From: a bacterium
Lineage (GTDB): Bacteria; Patescibacteriota; Minisyncoccia; Phycocordibacterales; CAIRYW01
Assembly (NCBI GenBank): GCA_043744615.1
Contig: JAYTUJ010000030.1
Location: 1,329-65,328, forward strand
Reading direction: 5' to 3'
Length of the DNA stretch: 64,000 nt
A program made the position numbers and the translations under genes. A model generated the notes under the pieces. The model saw only the letters and a program-made list of their open reading frames with translations, was not told the DNA's origin and ran no database searches. This document shows positions 8,866 to 17,824 of the stretch, piece after piece; position 1 is the stretch's first letter, and every line of letters begins with the position of its first letter.

Positions 8866-9882
8866 TTATTGTAGGGTTTTTAGATTTTCCCATGCAAAAC
8901 CTTGTTCGTTTTCATCAAAAATTATACCATTTTTTTGAAAATAAGTTGCGATACTTTTAAACAGGTCAAGTTGGTGGGCTTCAAGTGCCTGATATGTTTT
9001 TATTCCAAGCAAACCTTTTAACGGATCTTCTTGATACGAAGCAATATTTTTTAATGATTCATATTGTGCATTATATGTATTTAATATTTCCACATGTGTT
9101 GTTGCAAAAACTTTTGGCACAGAGATAAGTGAAAGTTTTTCGGCAACATTTTTGTAAACAATAATTTCTGTATTTGAAAGTAGTTTTGATTGATCTCGAG
9201 AAGCAAACTTCGCAAGTTCTTTTTTGGTGACTTCAATTATTTCGTTTCCATATTGTTTTAATTCATCATTATTTTTTGGTGTAAATGTATGAATACTTGT
9301 GATTGAATATATTGGCTCAGTTGACGGAACATCAATTTTTCCGAGTACATTTGAAACAATTTGTTCTCGGCCAACATCGGAAACCTCACCATTTTGTTGG
9401 TTTGACATGTACTGAGTAAATAATTCTTGAGAAAGTTTGTCAGACAAAGTAGTTTTTAAGGTTGTCGTTGAGCCATCTAATGTGCTTGATGCAAAAGATA
9501 CTGAAGTTGTCATTGAATCATTGGGGCCAGCAATTCGTGGATCACGACTCATCGATATTTCGGCTCCATCAGTTGTTCCATCACCATCAGTATCTGCATT
9601 TTTTGGATCTGTTCCCCACACACTTTCTTCCCAATCTTTTATTCCATCACCATCAGTGTCGATATTGGATGCTGTATAAAATGCAGTAGAGGTACTAAAG
9701 TCCAAAACATTTTGTTCGTTATTTTTTGATGTTCGAGAAAAATCAATATTTGATATTTTTGAAAAACCAGCAATCGTTAAAATAATAATTGCAAAAATAG
9801 AAGCGATGAGTATACGAGAAGGTACTTGAGAAATTTTTGTGTAGATACGATTAAAGAAATTCATATCTAAATTATATATCAA
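8866..9882 (-). CDS. Membrane-anchored protein with thrombospondin type-3-like Ca-binding Asp repeats
   Basis: N-terminal TM helix. Tandem DTDGDGIKDWEE and DTDGDGTTDGAE motifs. The called start is TTG; an in-frame ATG lies 6 codons in. Confidence 0.55.
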   Translation of the reverse strand: MIYNLDMNFFNRIYTKISQVPSRILIASIFAIIILTIAGFSKISNIDFSRTSKNNEQNVLDFSTSTAFYTASNIDTDGDGIKDWEESVWGTDPKNADTDGDGTTDGAEISMSRDPRIAGPNDSMTTSVSFASSTLDGSTTTLKTTLSDKLSQELFTQYMSNQQNGEVSDVGREQIVSNVLGKIDVPSTEPIYSITSIHTFTPKNNDELKQYGNEIIEVTKKELAKFASRDQSKLLSNTEIIVYKNVAEKLSLISVPKVFATTHVEILNTYNAQYESLKNIASYQEDPLKGLLGIKTYQALEAHQLDLFKSIATYFQKNGIIFDENEQGFAWENLKTLQ

Positions 9883-9906
9883 TTTTATATATGCTACAAT
9901 TAAGTT

Positions 9907-11193
9907 ATGAAAAAAAATATCCCCCCTTTTTTATTCTCTTCTATTTTTTTTATTGCACTCAGTTTCTCGGTTCAAATTTCTTCAGTTTTTGCTGAAAATA
10001 ACGATTCACCAAATGTTGTTCTTACAAAAGATTTGCGTCTTACAATGAACGACCCCGAAATTGTTCATTTACAACAAGTTCTTAATGCGAGCGGTTTTGC
10101 TACGGTTTCTGTTGTGGGTGCAGGTTCTAAAGGAAGCGAAACTTCATATTTTGGACTTAAAACTCAACAAGCTGTTATAAAATTTCAAGAAGCATTTGCA
10201 AGTGAAATTTTGGCTCCAATCGGTTTAACACAAGGAACAGGCTTTGTGGGAGCAAAAACTCGAGCAAAAATGAATGAATTATGGTCAAATAACTACTTTT
10301 TCTCATATTACGGCATAGTTTTGCCAGCAAATACGACTGTTAATACAGATACAAGTACAAATACAGACTCTTCAAATCAAGATAATACTAATAACGCTAA
10401 TAATACCTTTAATAACCAAGGTAATTTTTCTCAAACATCAAGTACAACAACGGTTGCAACAAGTACTTCTGCAACAAGTACTGCCACAACAACAAAAACA
10501 ACCACAGCTTCAACAACAAAAACTATTTCAGGGACAGCATATGGAAGCTCAAATGGATATCGCCCCGGTAAAACCATTACAGACTTGTTGGGTGTATGGA
10601 GTGATCCGAATAATAAAGTGAAAGTGTATGAAGTAAATCCTTCTCAAGCAAAACGAGGAGATGAAATTTTAGTTGCAGGATCAGGTTTTACATCAAAAGA
10701 TAATACGATTAAGTTGCGAGGAAAAAGTAAAAATATTTTGATAAAAGGTGTTGAGTCAAAAACAAGTAATGAATTAACTTTTATTCTTCCACAAGGTGCT
10801 GAGTACGGAACGTCAACTGTGTCAGTCTCAAATTCTGCGGGTACCAGTAGAGAAGATTCTGTAAAATCTATTGAACTTATTGTCAGTGCAACAACGACAT
10901 GTGCAACGGTATGTGTCGACTCTGTTGATCAAAAAGGTCACGGTCTTAGCACAGAATTTATAGTTAAAGGAAGTGGTTTTACAGATTCAAAAAATTTAGT
11001 GATGTCACGATTTGGCCCAATTGGTATGTATGATTCTGAAAAGAAAGGAACAATCATAAATATAAAATTAATTGAATCAGGAGTGATTCTTAATGCGCTC
11101 CCTAACTTGAGTGGAAAAATTGATTTTCCAATTATCGTTGCTAACAAAAATGGTTTCTCTAAATTCTTTACGGTCACTGTATCGATGCCTTAA
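9907..11193 (+). CDS. Secreted protein with a peptidoglycan-binding (PG_binding_1-like) domain, a Thr/Ser/Asn-rich linker and IPT/TIG-like domains
   Basis: Signal peptide. LQQVLNASGF...LKTQQAVIKFQ resembles PG_binding_1. GDEILVAGSGFTSKDNTIKL and KGSGFTDSKNLVM resemble IPT/TIG. Confidence 0.6.
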   Translation: MKKNIPPFLFSSIFFIALSFSVQISSVFAENNDSPNVVLTKDLRLTMNDPEIVHLQQVLNASGFATVSVVGAGSKGSETSYFGLKTQQAVIKFQEAFASEILAPIGLTQGTGFVGAKTRAKMNELWSNNYFFSYYGIVLPANTTVNTDTSTNTDSSNQDNTNNANNTFNNQGNFSQTSSTTTVATSTSATSTATTTKTTTASTTKTISGTAYGSSNGYRPGKTITDLLGVWSDPNNKVKVYEVNPSQAKRGDEILVAGSGFTSKDNTIKLRGKSKNILIKGVESKTSNELTFILPQGAEYGTSTVSVSNSAGTSREDSVKSIELIVSATTTCATVCVDSVDQKGHGLSTEFIVKGSGFTDSKNLVMSRFGPIGMYDSEKKGTIINIKLIESGVILNALPNLSGKIDFPIIVANKNGFSKFFTVTVSMP

Positions 11194-11199
11194 TGCAGA

Positions 11200-11742
11200 G
11201 TGATAATTGTTAAAATAAATATGAAGTTATTTTTGTTAAAACAAATAAAAAAGATTATCCGGACATCAGCTCTCGTCTTTGTTTTTATTTGTTTTGTATC
11301 ACTTGGTACATTTAGACATATATATGCGGCTGGTGTTGGTGGAGCTTCTGGAGGTGGAACTGGCGGCGCAACGAGTGGCGCAAGTGCAGGCGGTGGCGCA
11401 GGGGGTTCTTCGGGTGGTGGTTCTGGTAAAACAACAACATATACAAATTTTGGAAGTGAACGCGACACAGTGCTTCCTTGTTTATGTGATTGGGAAGAAG
11501 GAGAAATAAAATTTATTGTGTACCACACAACAATTCCTGACGGCAATTCATTAACTCTTGTGTACAATCTTTTAGAATCAAAAATAAAAGAAAATTATAA
11601 CGTAACTGGAAAATATTATTTAGGACAATATTCATCTCAAACAGATACATGTAATTTTGGAATCGGATATTATTGCGTTGAATTAACTGGTCAAAAATGG
11701 CCAACATGGGGTGACTCATCAACCGGTATTGGAGCTTCTTAA
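11200..11742 (+). CDS. Small secreted protein with a Gly-rich linker and a Cys-containing C-terminal domain
   Basis: Signal peptide, a (GGx)n tract, then a domain with CLC...C...C. Confidence 0.5.
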   Translation: MIIVKINMKLFLLKQIKKIIRTSALVFVFICFVSLGTFRHIYAAGVGGASGGGTGGATSGASAGGGAGGSSGGGSGKTTTYTNFGSERDTVLPCLCDWEEGEIKFIVYHTTIPDGNSLTLVYNLLESKIKENYNVTGKYYLGQYSSQTDTCNFGIGYYCVELTGQKWPTWGDSSTGIGAS

Positions 11743-11771
11743 AAATTATTCCGGGAGGTTTTTTGTAAAAG

Positions 11772-12611
11772 TTATTGTAAGACAGTTAAAGCGGCAGTAA
11801 GAGACATCCATGTTTCTACTTGTATGTCTTCTGCTCGGATCTTTTTATCCAACTTTATTTTTTCAAAAGCAGTTTCGAGTTTTTTTATATTATATCCAGC
11901 GGTTGCAAGATTTTTTAGTAAAAGTTTTCTTTTATGAGCAAAACCAGCATGCACGAGCGATGCAAAAGATGTTTCAGATACAGAATATTTTTGAAATAAT
12001 ATTTTTGAAATATGTTTAAAGGTAATGACTGCAGAGTCTACATTTGGAATCGGAAAAAAGTTTCCCCGTGCCACTTTTTGTGTAATAACGGGAGTGCAAT
12101 ATGCTTTTACAAAAATTGAAAGAATACTTTCTTTTTTATCGCGCGCAATAATTCTCTCTGCAACTTCTTTTTGTACTAAAATTGTAATTAATGATGGCTG
12201 TAAGCTTTCTTCACATTCAAGAAACTTTCTAATGATTGCACCCGTAATGTAATACGGAATATTTGCTATTAATTTGTAATTTATTTTTTGAGATTTTTTT
12301 GCAGGAGGTTTTTTATTTAAAAATATATCTTTTATTTCAATCTCCAAAATATCGCCATGAATAAGTGTAAAAGTGTTGTTCGCTACATAATTATTGAATG
12401 TTTCTGGAAGAATGTTAATAAGCCGATCATCTTTTTCTATAGCAAAAACATGTGCACCAGTGCTTAGAATTTCTCGAGTTAGATTTCCTGTTCCAGGCCC
12501 AATTTCAAGAACAATATCATCTTTTGATATTTCAGAATCAGTTACGATCTTTTTAAGAATGTACGTGTTATTTAAAAAATTTTGACCTAAACTTTTTTTA
12601 GCAAATACCAT
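11772..12611 (-). CDS. rsmA: 16S rRNA (adenine1518/1519-N6) dimethyltransferase RsmA/KsgA
   Basis: N-terminal SLGQNFL and a GPGTGNLT SAM-binding motif. Confidence 0.85.
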   Translation of the reverse strand: MVFAKKSLGQNFLNNTYILKKIVTDSEISKDDIVLEIGPGTGNLTREILSTGAHVFAIEKDDRLINILPETFNNYVANNTFTLIHGDILEIEIKDIFLNKKPPAKKSQKINYKLIANIPYYITGAIIRKFLECEESLQPSLITILVQKEVAERIIARDKKESILSIFVKAYCTPVITQKVARGNFFPIPNVDSAVITFKHISKILFQKYSVSETSFASLVHAGFAHKRKLLLKNLATAGYNIKKLETAFEKIKLDKKIRAEDIQVETWMSLTAALTVLQ

Positions 12612-12635
12612 ATATGTATTAGTATAATCGCAATA

Positions 12636-14567
12636 TTAAAAATCAATAAATATTGCTTTTACACCTGTTGGTTTTTGTTCGTGTTCAATAAGATCTTCCT
12701 CGATATCAAATATAAATTCTGAAGGAACGTTTACTTGTTGCGTTCCAAATATTGTTCGTAGTTGTGCATATGTAAGAAAAACTTTTTTTCGTGCACGAGT
12801 GATTGCAACATAAAATAATCTTCGTTCCTCTTCTGCTTCCTCTTTTGTTATTTCATTTTTATCTAATCGTGTATGTGGAAACAAACCGTCTTCGAGACCG
12901 GTTATAAAAACATAATCAAATTCTAATCCTTTCGACGCATGAACTGTCATAAGCTTTGTTCCAACAGATTTTTCATCCAAAGAATCTTGATCACTCACAA
13001 GCATTGCGTCATCAATAAATTTCATGATTCCATCACCAAGTGGCATTGCGTCGTATCGAGCAGCAAGTGTTACGAGTTCTCGGACGTTTTCTAATCGTTC
13101 TAACTCTTCAGAATCTCCTTGTTTTAACATTGTCTCTATTCCCGATTCAAAAAGTGCAAGTTTTAAAACATCAGAAGGCGTTTTTTTGTAAGCCGCATCT
13201 CGGATACGAGCTAAAATGTTTCGGTATTGCAAAACTTTATCTCTAACGGCTCCAGTAAGTTCATTTTCTTTTCCTTCAAGAACTTTTAACATGGTTACTT
13301 TTCCAATTCCTCGAACCGGCGTATTGATTGTCCTTTTTATATCTCCAAGCGCATCTTCGTTAAGTGCGGCACGAAGATATGAAATAATATCTTTTACTTC
13401 TTTTCGTTCAAAATATTTTGTACCAATCAGATCGTATTTAAGTTCACGTCGCAAAAAAGCATCTTCGATTACTCGTGATTGAAAGTTTGCTCGATATAAT
13501 ACCGCGACTTGTTCCGGTTTTATACCTTTATCAGTAAGTTCTTTTGTTGTTCGAGCAATAAAATTCGCTTCTTCGTTTTCGTCTGGCGCAGCGAATACAC
13601 TGATTTGCTCGCCTTCTTCATTTTTAGTAAATAGATTTTTCTTTTTTCTAATAACGTTTTTATCAATGACCGAATTTGCTGCTTGAAGAATTTTTTGAGT
13701 TGACCGATAATTTTCTTCAAGCAAAATAACGGTTGCCTCGGGATAATCTTTTTCAAAATCTAAAATATTCTTAATATCTGCACCTCGCCAACTATAAATA
13801 TTTTGATCAGCGTCTCCAACCACCGTAATGTTTCGATGTCCTTCTGCTAATGTGTTTGCAATTACGTACTGTACTCGGTTCGTATCTTGATATTCATCAA
13901 TATGAATATACTGCCATTTTTCTTGGTATTTTTTTCGAACCTCGGGAATATTTTTAAGCAAAAATGCAGTCTTATAAATTAGATCATCAAAGTCTAATCC
14001 CTTCTCTTTTTTCAAAATAGATTCATATTCTTTCCATACTTCAGCAACAATTGAACCAAAATACTCATCTCCTTGTTTTATTTCATATTCTTCTTGGCTT
14101 ACATAGGCTCCTTTTTCTTTAGAAATAATCCCAAGTATTTTATTAGGTTCATATTGTTTTGGATCGTACCCTTTTTTTTCAAGAGCCTCTTTTACTGCTT
14201 TTTTTGAATCACTTCGGTCGTAGATACTAAAATTAGCAGGTACCCCAATCACATGACCGTCATGCCGTAATATATTTACACCAAGACTGTGGAAGGTTGA
14301 TAAAAAAGGTTTTTCTTCAAAAGTCATCGGTACATTTAGGCTCGGATCTTCATTGATTAACTTAAAAACTCGTTCCTGCATTTCTTTTGCAGCTTTGTTT
14401 GTGAAGGTAATAGCTAGAATCTTTTTTGGGTCAACTCCTTTTTTAATAAGATTTAATATTCGATGGGTTACCGTATTAGTTTTTCCTGCCCCCGCTCCTG
14501 CAATAATAAGAAGAGGGCCTTCTTTGTGTTCAACCGCTTTAAATTGTTCCGGATTAAGGTGCTTCAT
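12636..14567 (-). CDS. UvrD/PcrA-family DNA helicase
   Basis: Walker A is GAGAGKT. TFTNKAAKEM, DEYQDTN and the helicase C-terminal motifs are present. Confidence 0.85.
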   Translation of the reverse strand: MKHLNPEQFKAVEHKEGPLLIIAGAGAGKTNTVTHRILNLIKKGVDPKKILAITFTNKAAKEMQERVFKLINEDPSLNVPMTFEEKPFLSTFHSLGVNILRHDGHVIGVPANFSIYDRSDSKKAVKEALEKKGYDPKQYEPNKILGIISKEKGAYVSQEEYEIKQGDEYFGSIVAEVWKEYESILKKEKGLDFDDLIYKTAFLLKNIPEVRKKYQEKWQYIHIDEYQDTNRVQYVIANTLAEGHRNITVVGDADQNIYSWRGADIKNILDFEKDYPEATVILLEENYRSTQKILQAANSVIDKNVIRKKKNLFTKNEEGEQISVFAAPDENEEANFIARTTKELTDKGIKPEQVAVLYRANFQSRVIEDAFLRRELKYDLIGTKYFERKEVKDIISYLRAALNEDALGDIKRTINTPVRGIGKVTMLKVLEGKENELTGAVRDKVLQYRNILARIRDAAYKKTPSDVLKLALFESGIETMLKQGDSEELERLENVRELVTLAARYDAMPLGDGIMKFIDDAMLVSDQDSLDEKSVGTKLMTVHASKGLEFDYVFITGLEDGLFPHTRLDKNEITKEEAEEERRLFYVAITRARKKVFLTYAQLRTIFGTQQVNVPSEFIFDIEEDLIEHEQKPTGVKAIFIDF

Positions 14568-14637
14568 TTGAGCTACTATAACATAAAATAGTAATTCTTG
14601 ACGTTATTCATTTATCCCCTTCTAAACATAATAACCT

Positions 14638-14668
14638 TTGACTTTCTATACCATACCTATATCATATA
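14638..14668 (+). promoter_or_regulatory. Candidate sigma70-like promoter (TTGACT, 17 nt, ATCATA) ahead of a ~150-nt leader for the LysM-M23 peptidase gene
   Basis: TTGACT at 14638-14643, a 17-nt spacer and an A/T-rich -10. Downstream lies the hairpin AATGGCT-N6-AGCCATT. Confidence 0.25.
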
Positions 14669-14825
14669 TATGTAGTCACACAGAACGTCACTAAACACTA
14701 AATGGCTTAACAGAGCCATTTTATACCGAGACACCAGAATTAGCCTTAATTTTAAGCTTATTTTACCAAACAAAGATAGAAGAAGCCGGTTTTATATATT
14801 TGTATGTCAATTAGGTGCCCTAGCT

Positions 14826-15857
14826 ATGGGCGCTTCAATATTTTTGTGGCCGCTAGTTACTAATGCGGGCGCCCTCTCTTTTATCAATGATCTGTTTAAA
14901 ACAGACCAAGCACAAGCTCAAAAGGTTGAAGTTAAATCAGAAAGTTCACAAACAATAGATCTTCCTGAGGCTGCTATAAACCCAGATCCTAACCCTATTA
15001 AAAATACTGTCTCTCCTACTATTGTTGGAGAGGCAGCTTTTGTTGCTGAATCTGGACCCGAAGGAACATCTGCAGATATTCAAAGTAAAACAATATCAAG
15101 CGACCATATTTCAGTATATGTTGTTCATCCTTCAGATACATTGGCTCAAATAGCAAAAATGTTTAATGTTTCACCAAATACAATTCTTTGGGCCAATGAT
15201 TTAACCTCTGCTAAAGACATAAAACCAGGGCAGAGTCTCGTTATTTTACCAGTATCTGGAATCAAATATTCTGTTAAAAAGGGCGATACCATAGAGTCTA
15301 TTGCTAAAAAGTTTAAGGGTGACGCTCAAGATATTACTAAATTTAACGATTTTGACTCTGATCAAAAGTTAGTCATTGGGGACACTGTTATTATTCCAGA
15401 TGGTGAAATGGTTGTTGTGGTTAAAAAACCTACTATTGTCGTAAAAGGTGCAGGGATGAAAATCTTTAAAGATGACGGAAGCCTTGTAAAAACATTTTTG
15501 GCTAATACAACAGGATATTTTATGCGCCCTATTACTGGTGGGATGAGAACACAAGGTTTACACGGAAATAACGGTGTTGACCTTGCAAGCTCGTGCGGTG
15601 CTTCTGTTATGGCTGCAGCAGGAGGAAAAGTTATTTTAAGTCGAGAAGGAGGATGGAACGGAGGCTACGGAAATTATATCGTTATCAGTCATTCAAACGG
15701 TACTCAAACTTTGTACGGACACTTGCAAGAGACAAAAGTCTCAGCCGGAGAATCAGTTGATAAGGGTGAAGTGATTGGTCTAATGGGAAGCACAGGTAAT
15801 TCAACAGGCTGTCACCTTCATTGGGAAGTTCGAGGAGGACGAAACCCACTTGGCTAA
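14826..15857 (+). CDS. LysM-domain M23 metallo-endopeptidase (cell-wall hydrolase)
   Basis: Two LysM-like repeats (YVVHPSDTLAQIAKMF; YSVKKGDTIESIAKKF). The M23 motifs HxxxD and HLHWEV are present. Confidence 0.8.
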   Translation: MGASIFLWPLVTNAGALSFINDLFKTDQAQAQKVEVKSESSQTIDLPEAAINPDPNPIKNTVSPTIVGEAAFVAESGPEGTSADIQSKTISSDHISVYVVHPSDTLAQIAKMFNVSPNTILWANDLTSAKDIKPGQSLVILPVSGIKYSVKKGDTIESIAKKFKGDAQDITKFNDFDSDQKLVIGDTVIIPDGEMVVVVKKPTIVVKGAGMKIFKDDGSLVKTFLANTTGYFMRPITGGMRTQGLHGNNGVDLASSCGASVMAAAGGKVILSREGGWNGGYGNYIVISHSNGTQTLYGHLQETKVSAGESVDKGEVIGLMGSTGNSTGCHLHWEVRGGRNPLG

Positions 15858-15885
15858 TAGACGAGAACTATTTTTAAACCATTTT

Positions 15886-17367
15886 CTATTTTTTTCTAAA
15901 TTGAATTGCTTCAAGCACGTGTTCTTTTTTTACTGTATCTGAAAACTCAATACAAGCAATTGTTTTTGCTATTGAAATTATTTTTTCTCTTGACCGCATT
16001 GATATACCGAGTGACTCGATGCAATTATTTACAAGCTCAAGAGCGTCTTTTTCTATACTAATATTTTTTTTATCAATTTTTCGCACCCGATAAATATTTT
16101 CTTGAATCACTTTATAGTTTTTTAATATCTCTGTTTCGTCCCCCACTATTTCTTCTTTGTTTTTTATTGCAGATACTTCACACCATATATCAATACGGTC
16201 TTGAATCGGCCCAGATATTTTTTTTAAATATTTTTTGATTTCAAATAGTCCACATGAACACAATTTAACATTTGAATTAAGATACCCACATGGACAAGGA
16301 TTAAGTGTAAATATAGCTATAAAATCACAAGGGAAAGATACGAGTTCTTTGTTTTTGTATATTTGGATTACTTTTTGTTCAAGGGGTTGTCGTAAAGACT
16401 CAATAACTCTTCTATCAAATTCAGGAAATTCATCCAGAAAAAGAATTCCTTTGTGTGCAAGAGTTATTTCTCCAATCATATTATTTTTTACACCACCTAT
16501 TATTTGTGCGTAAGAAGAAGTCGGATGCGGGTTTCTAAAAGGGACAGAAAAACAAATGTGTTTGTGTATCTGAGCAGCAGAGTATATACAACTAACTTCT
16601 AGTAAATCATCATCACTTAGTGCTGGTAATAAATGTTTTGCGATGTAAGCTAATGTTGTTTTTCCCGCTCCGGGTGGCCCTTGAAATGCAATATGGTGTT
16701 TGCCCGCACAAGCTATTTCAAGTGCACGCAGTGCATTTTTTTGTCCATACAATATCGGTATAGAATTTTCATTTTTATCTTGATTGTTCGATAAAGTTTT
16801 TTCAGAAATTTTATCGAAAATTTTTTCTTTATAGACTCCCTTAAAAAAGCTAATAACGTCCTGAACTTTTTCTATATAAATTATATTTTTTGATTGTATA
16901 TTTGTTTCTAAAATAGAAAGCTCAGCTTTGTTTTTTAAAGGGACAAATATAAAGGACATGTTATGCTCAAAAACTTTTTGTATCATGGGTAATATACCTG
17001 TTGCAGAAAGTACTGTTCCATCAAGTGAAAGCTCGCCAATAAATAAAGATAATTCTGTCTGTTTGTTTTTTATTTCACCACAAGAGATAAGATATCCAAC
17101 AGCAATTGCAAGATCAAACATTGAACCCTCTTTCTTTTGATCCGAAGGTGTCAGGGAGACAATTACTTTATGATTTTTTCTTTTTGGTGTAGGGAGTTTT
17201 GAATTTTTTAAAGCAGAACAAACTCTTTCTCTTGCCTCACCCACTGCTTTGTCCGGCAATCCCACAATTGAAAAATTATATAGTCCTATTGATACGTCAA
17301 CTTCAACAGTTACAACGTAACCGCTTACTCCTTGTATTTGTGCTGAAAAAACTTTAGCTACACTCAT
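15886..17367 (-). CDS. comM: YifB/ComM-family Mg-chelatase-like AAA ATPase
   Basis: Lon-like N-terminal domain, Walker A GPPGAGKTT, and ChlI/YifB C-terminal signature regions. Confidence 0.8.
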   Translation of the reverse strand: MSVAKVFSAQIQGVSGYVVTVEVDVSIGLYNFSIVGLPDKAVGEARERVCSALKNSKLPTPKRKNHKVIVSLTPSDQKKEGSMFDLAIAVGYLISCGEIKNKQTELSLFIGELSLDGTVLSATGILPMIQKVFEHNMSFIFVPLKNKAELSILETNIQSKNIIYIEKVQDVISFFKGVYKEKIFDKISEKTLSNNQDKNENSIPILYGQKNALRALEIACAGKHHIAFQGPPGAGKTTLAYIAKHLLPALSDDDLLEVSCIYSAAQIHKHICFSVPFRNPHPTSSYAQIIGGVKNNMIGEITLAHKGILFLDEFPEFDRRVIESLRQPLEQKVIQIYKNKELVSFPCDFIAIFTLNPCPCGYLNSNVKLCSCGLFEIKKYLKKISGPIQDRIDIWCEVSAIKNKEEIVGDETEILKNYKVIQENIYRVRKIDKKNISIEKDALELVNNCIESLGISMRSREKIISIAKTIACIEFSDTVKKEHVLEAIQFRKK

Positions 17368-17432
17368 TTAAGAAGTGTAGCTAAAGAAGTTAAAGTTTTT
17401 ATTTATTTTTTATAAATTTTATTACAAGTTTC

Positions 17433-17804
17433 TTATTGTCGGTCGTTCATGTGTTCTTTGCATGTTCGAGCCGCAGGATATGCTTCAAGTCGGTCAAGCT
17501 CAATAGGTTTTCCACTTATCTCGCAGGTACCGTAAGCGCCTTCGGAGTTTATTTTTTCAAGTGCATGTTTAACTGCGTTTAGTTCAGTTTCTAACTGACG
17601 CAAGATAGCTGTATTTTCTTCGTAAGATTCAATTTGATCTGCGACCTCGTTTCGATCAGCTGTATCAATGTCCGCCGTGCTTGTTTTTGGTTCCCAATCA
17701 GCTGAATTATTTGGATTTCTTACCCCAACAGTTGCAAGTTCTTCTTCTAATTTTTTTAATTCTAAATTTAATTTTTCTTTAAAGTGTTGTGTATCGATGT
17801 TCAT
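17433..17804 (-). CDS. DksA/TraR-family C4 zinc-finger protein
   Basis: C-terminal CEISGKPIELDRLEAYPAARTC-KEH four-Cys finger with a coiled-coil N-terminus. Confidence 0.65.
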   Translation of the reverse strand: MNIDTQHFKEKLNLELKKLEEELATVGVRNPNNSADWEPKTSTADIDTADRNEVADQIESYEENTAILRQLETELNAVKHALEKINSEGAYGTCEISGKPIELDRLEAYPAARTCKEHMNDRQ

Positions 17805-17824
17805 AGTATTAAGTATACAATAAT

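Noticed and set aside
11190-11567. 125-aa Pro-rich ORF on the minus strand (PEPPPEEPPAPPPALAP...)
   Set aside because: It is the reverse complement of the (GGN)n glycine-rich tract in the plus-strand secreted-protein gene, a mirror-image artefact of the repeat.
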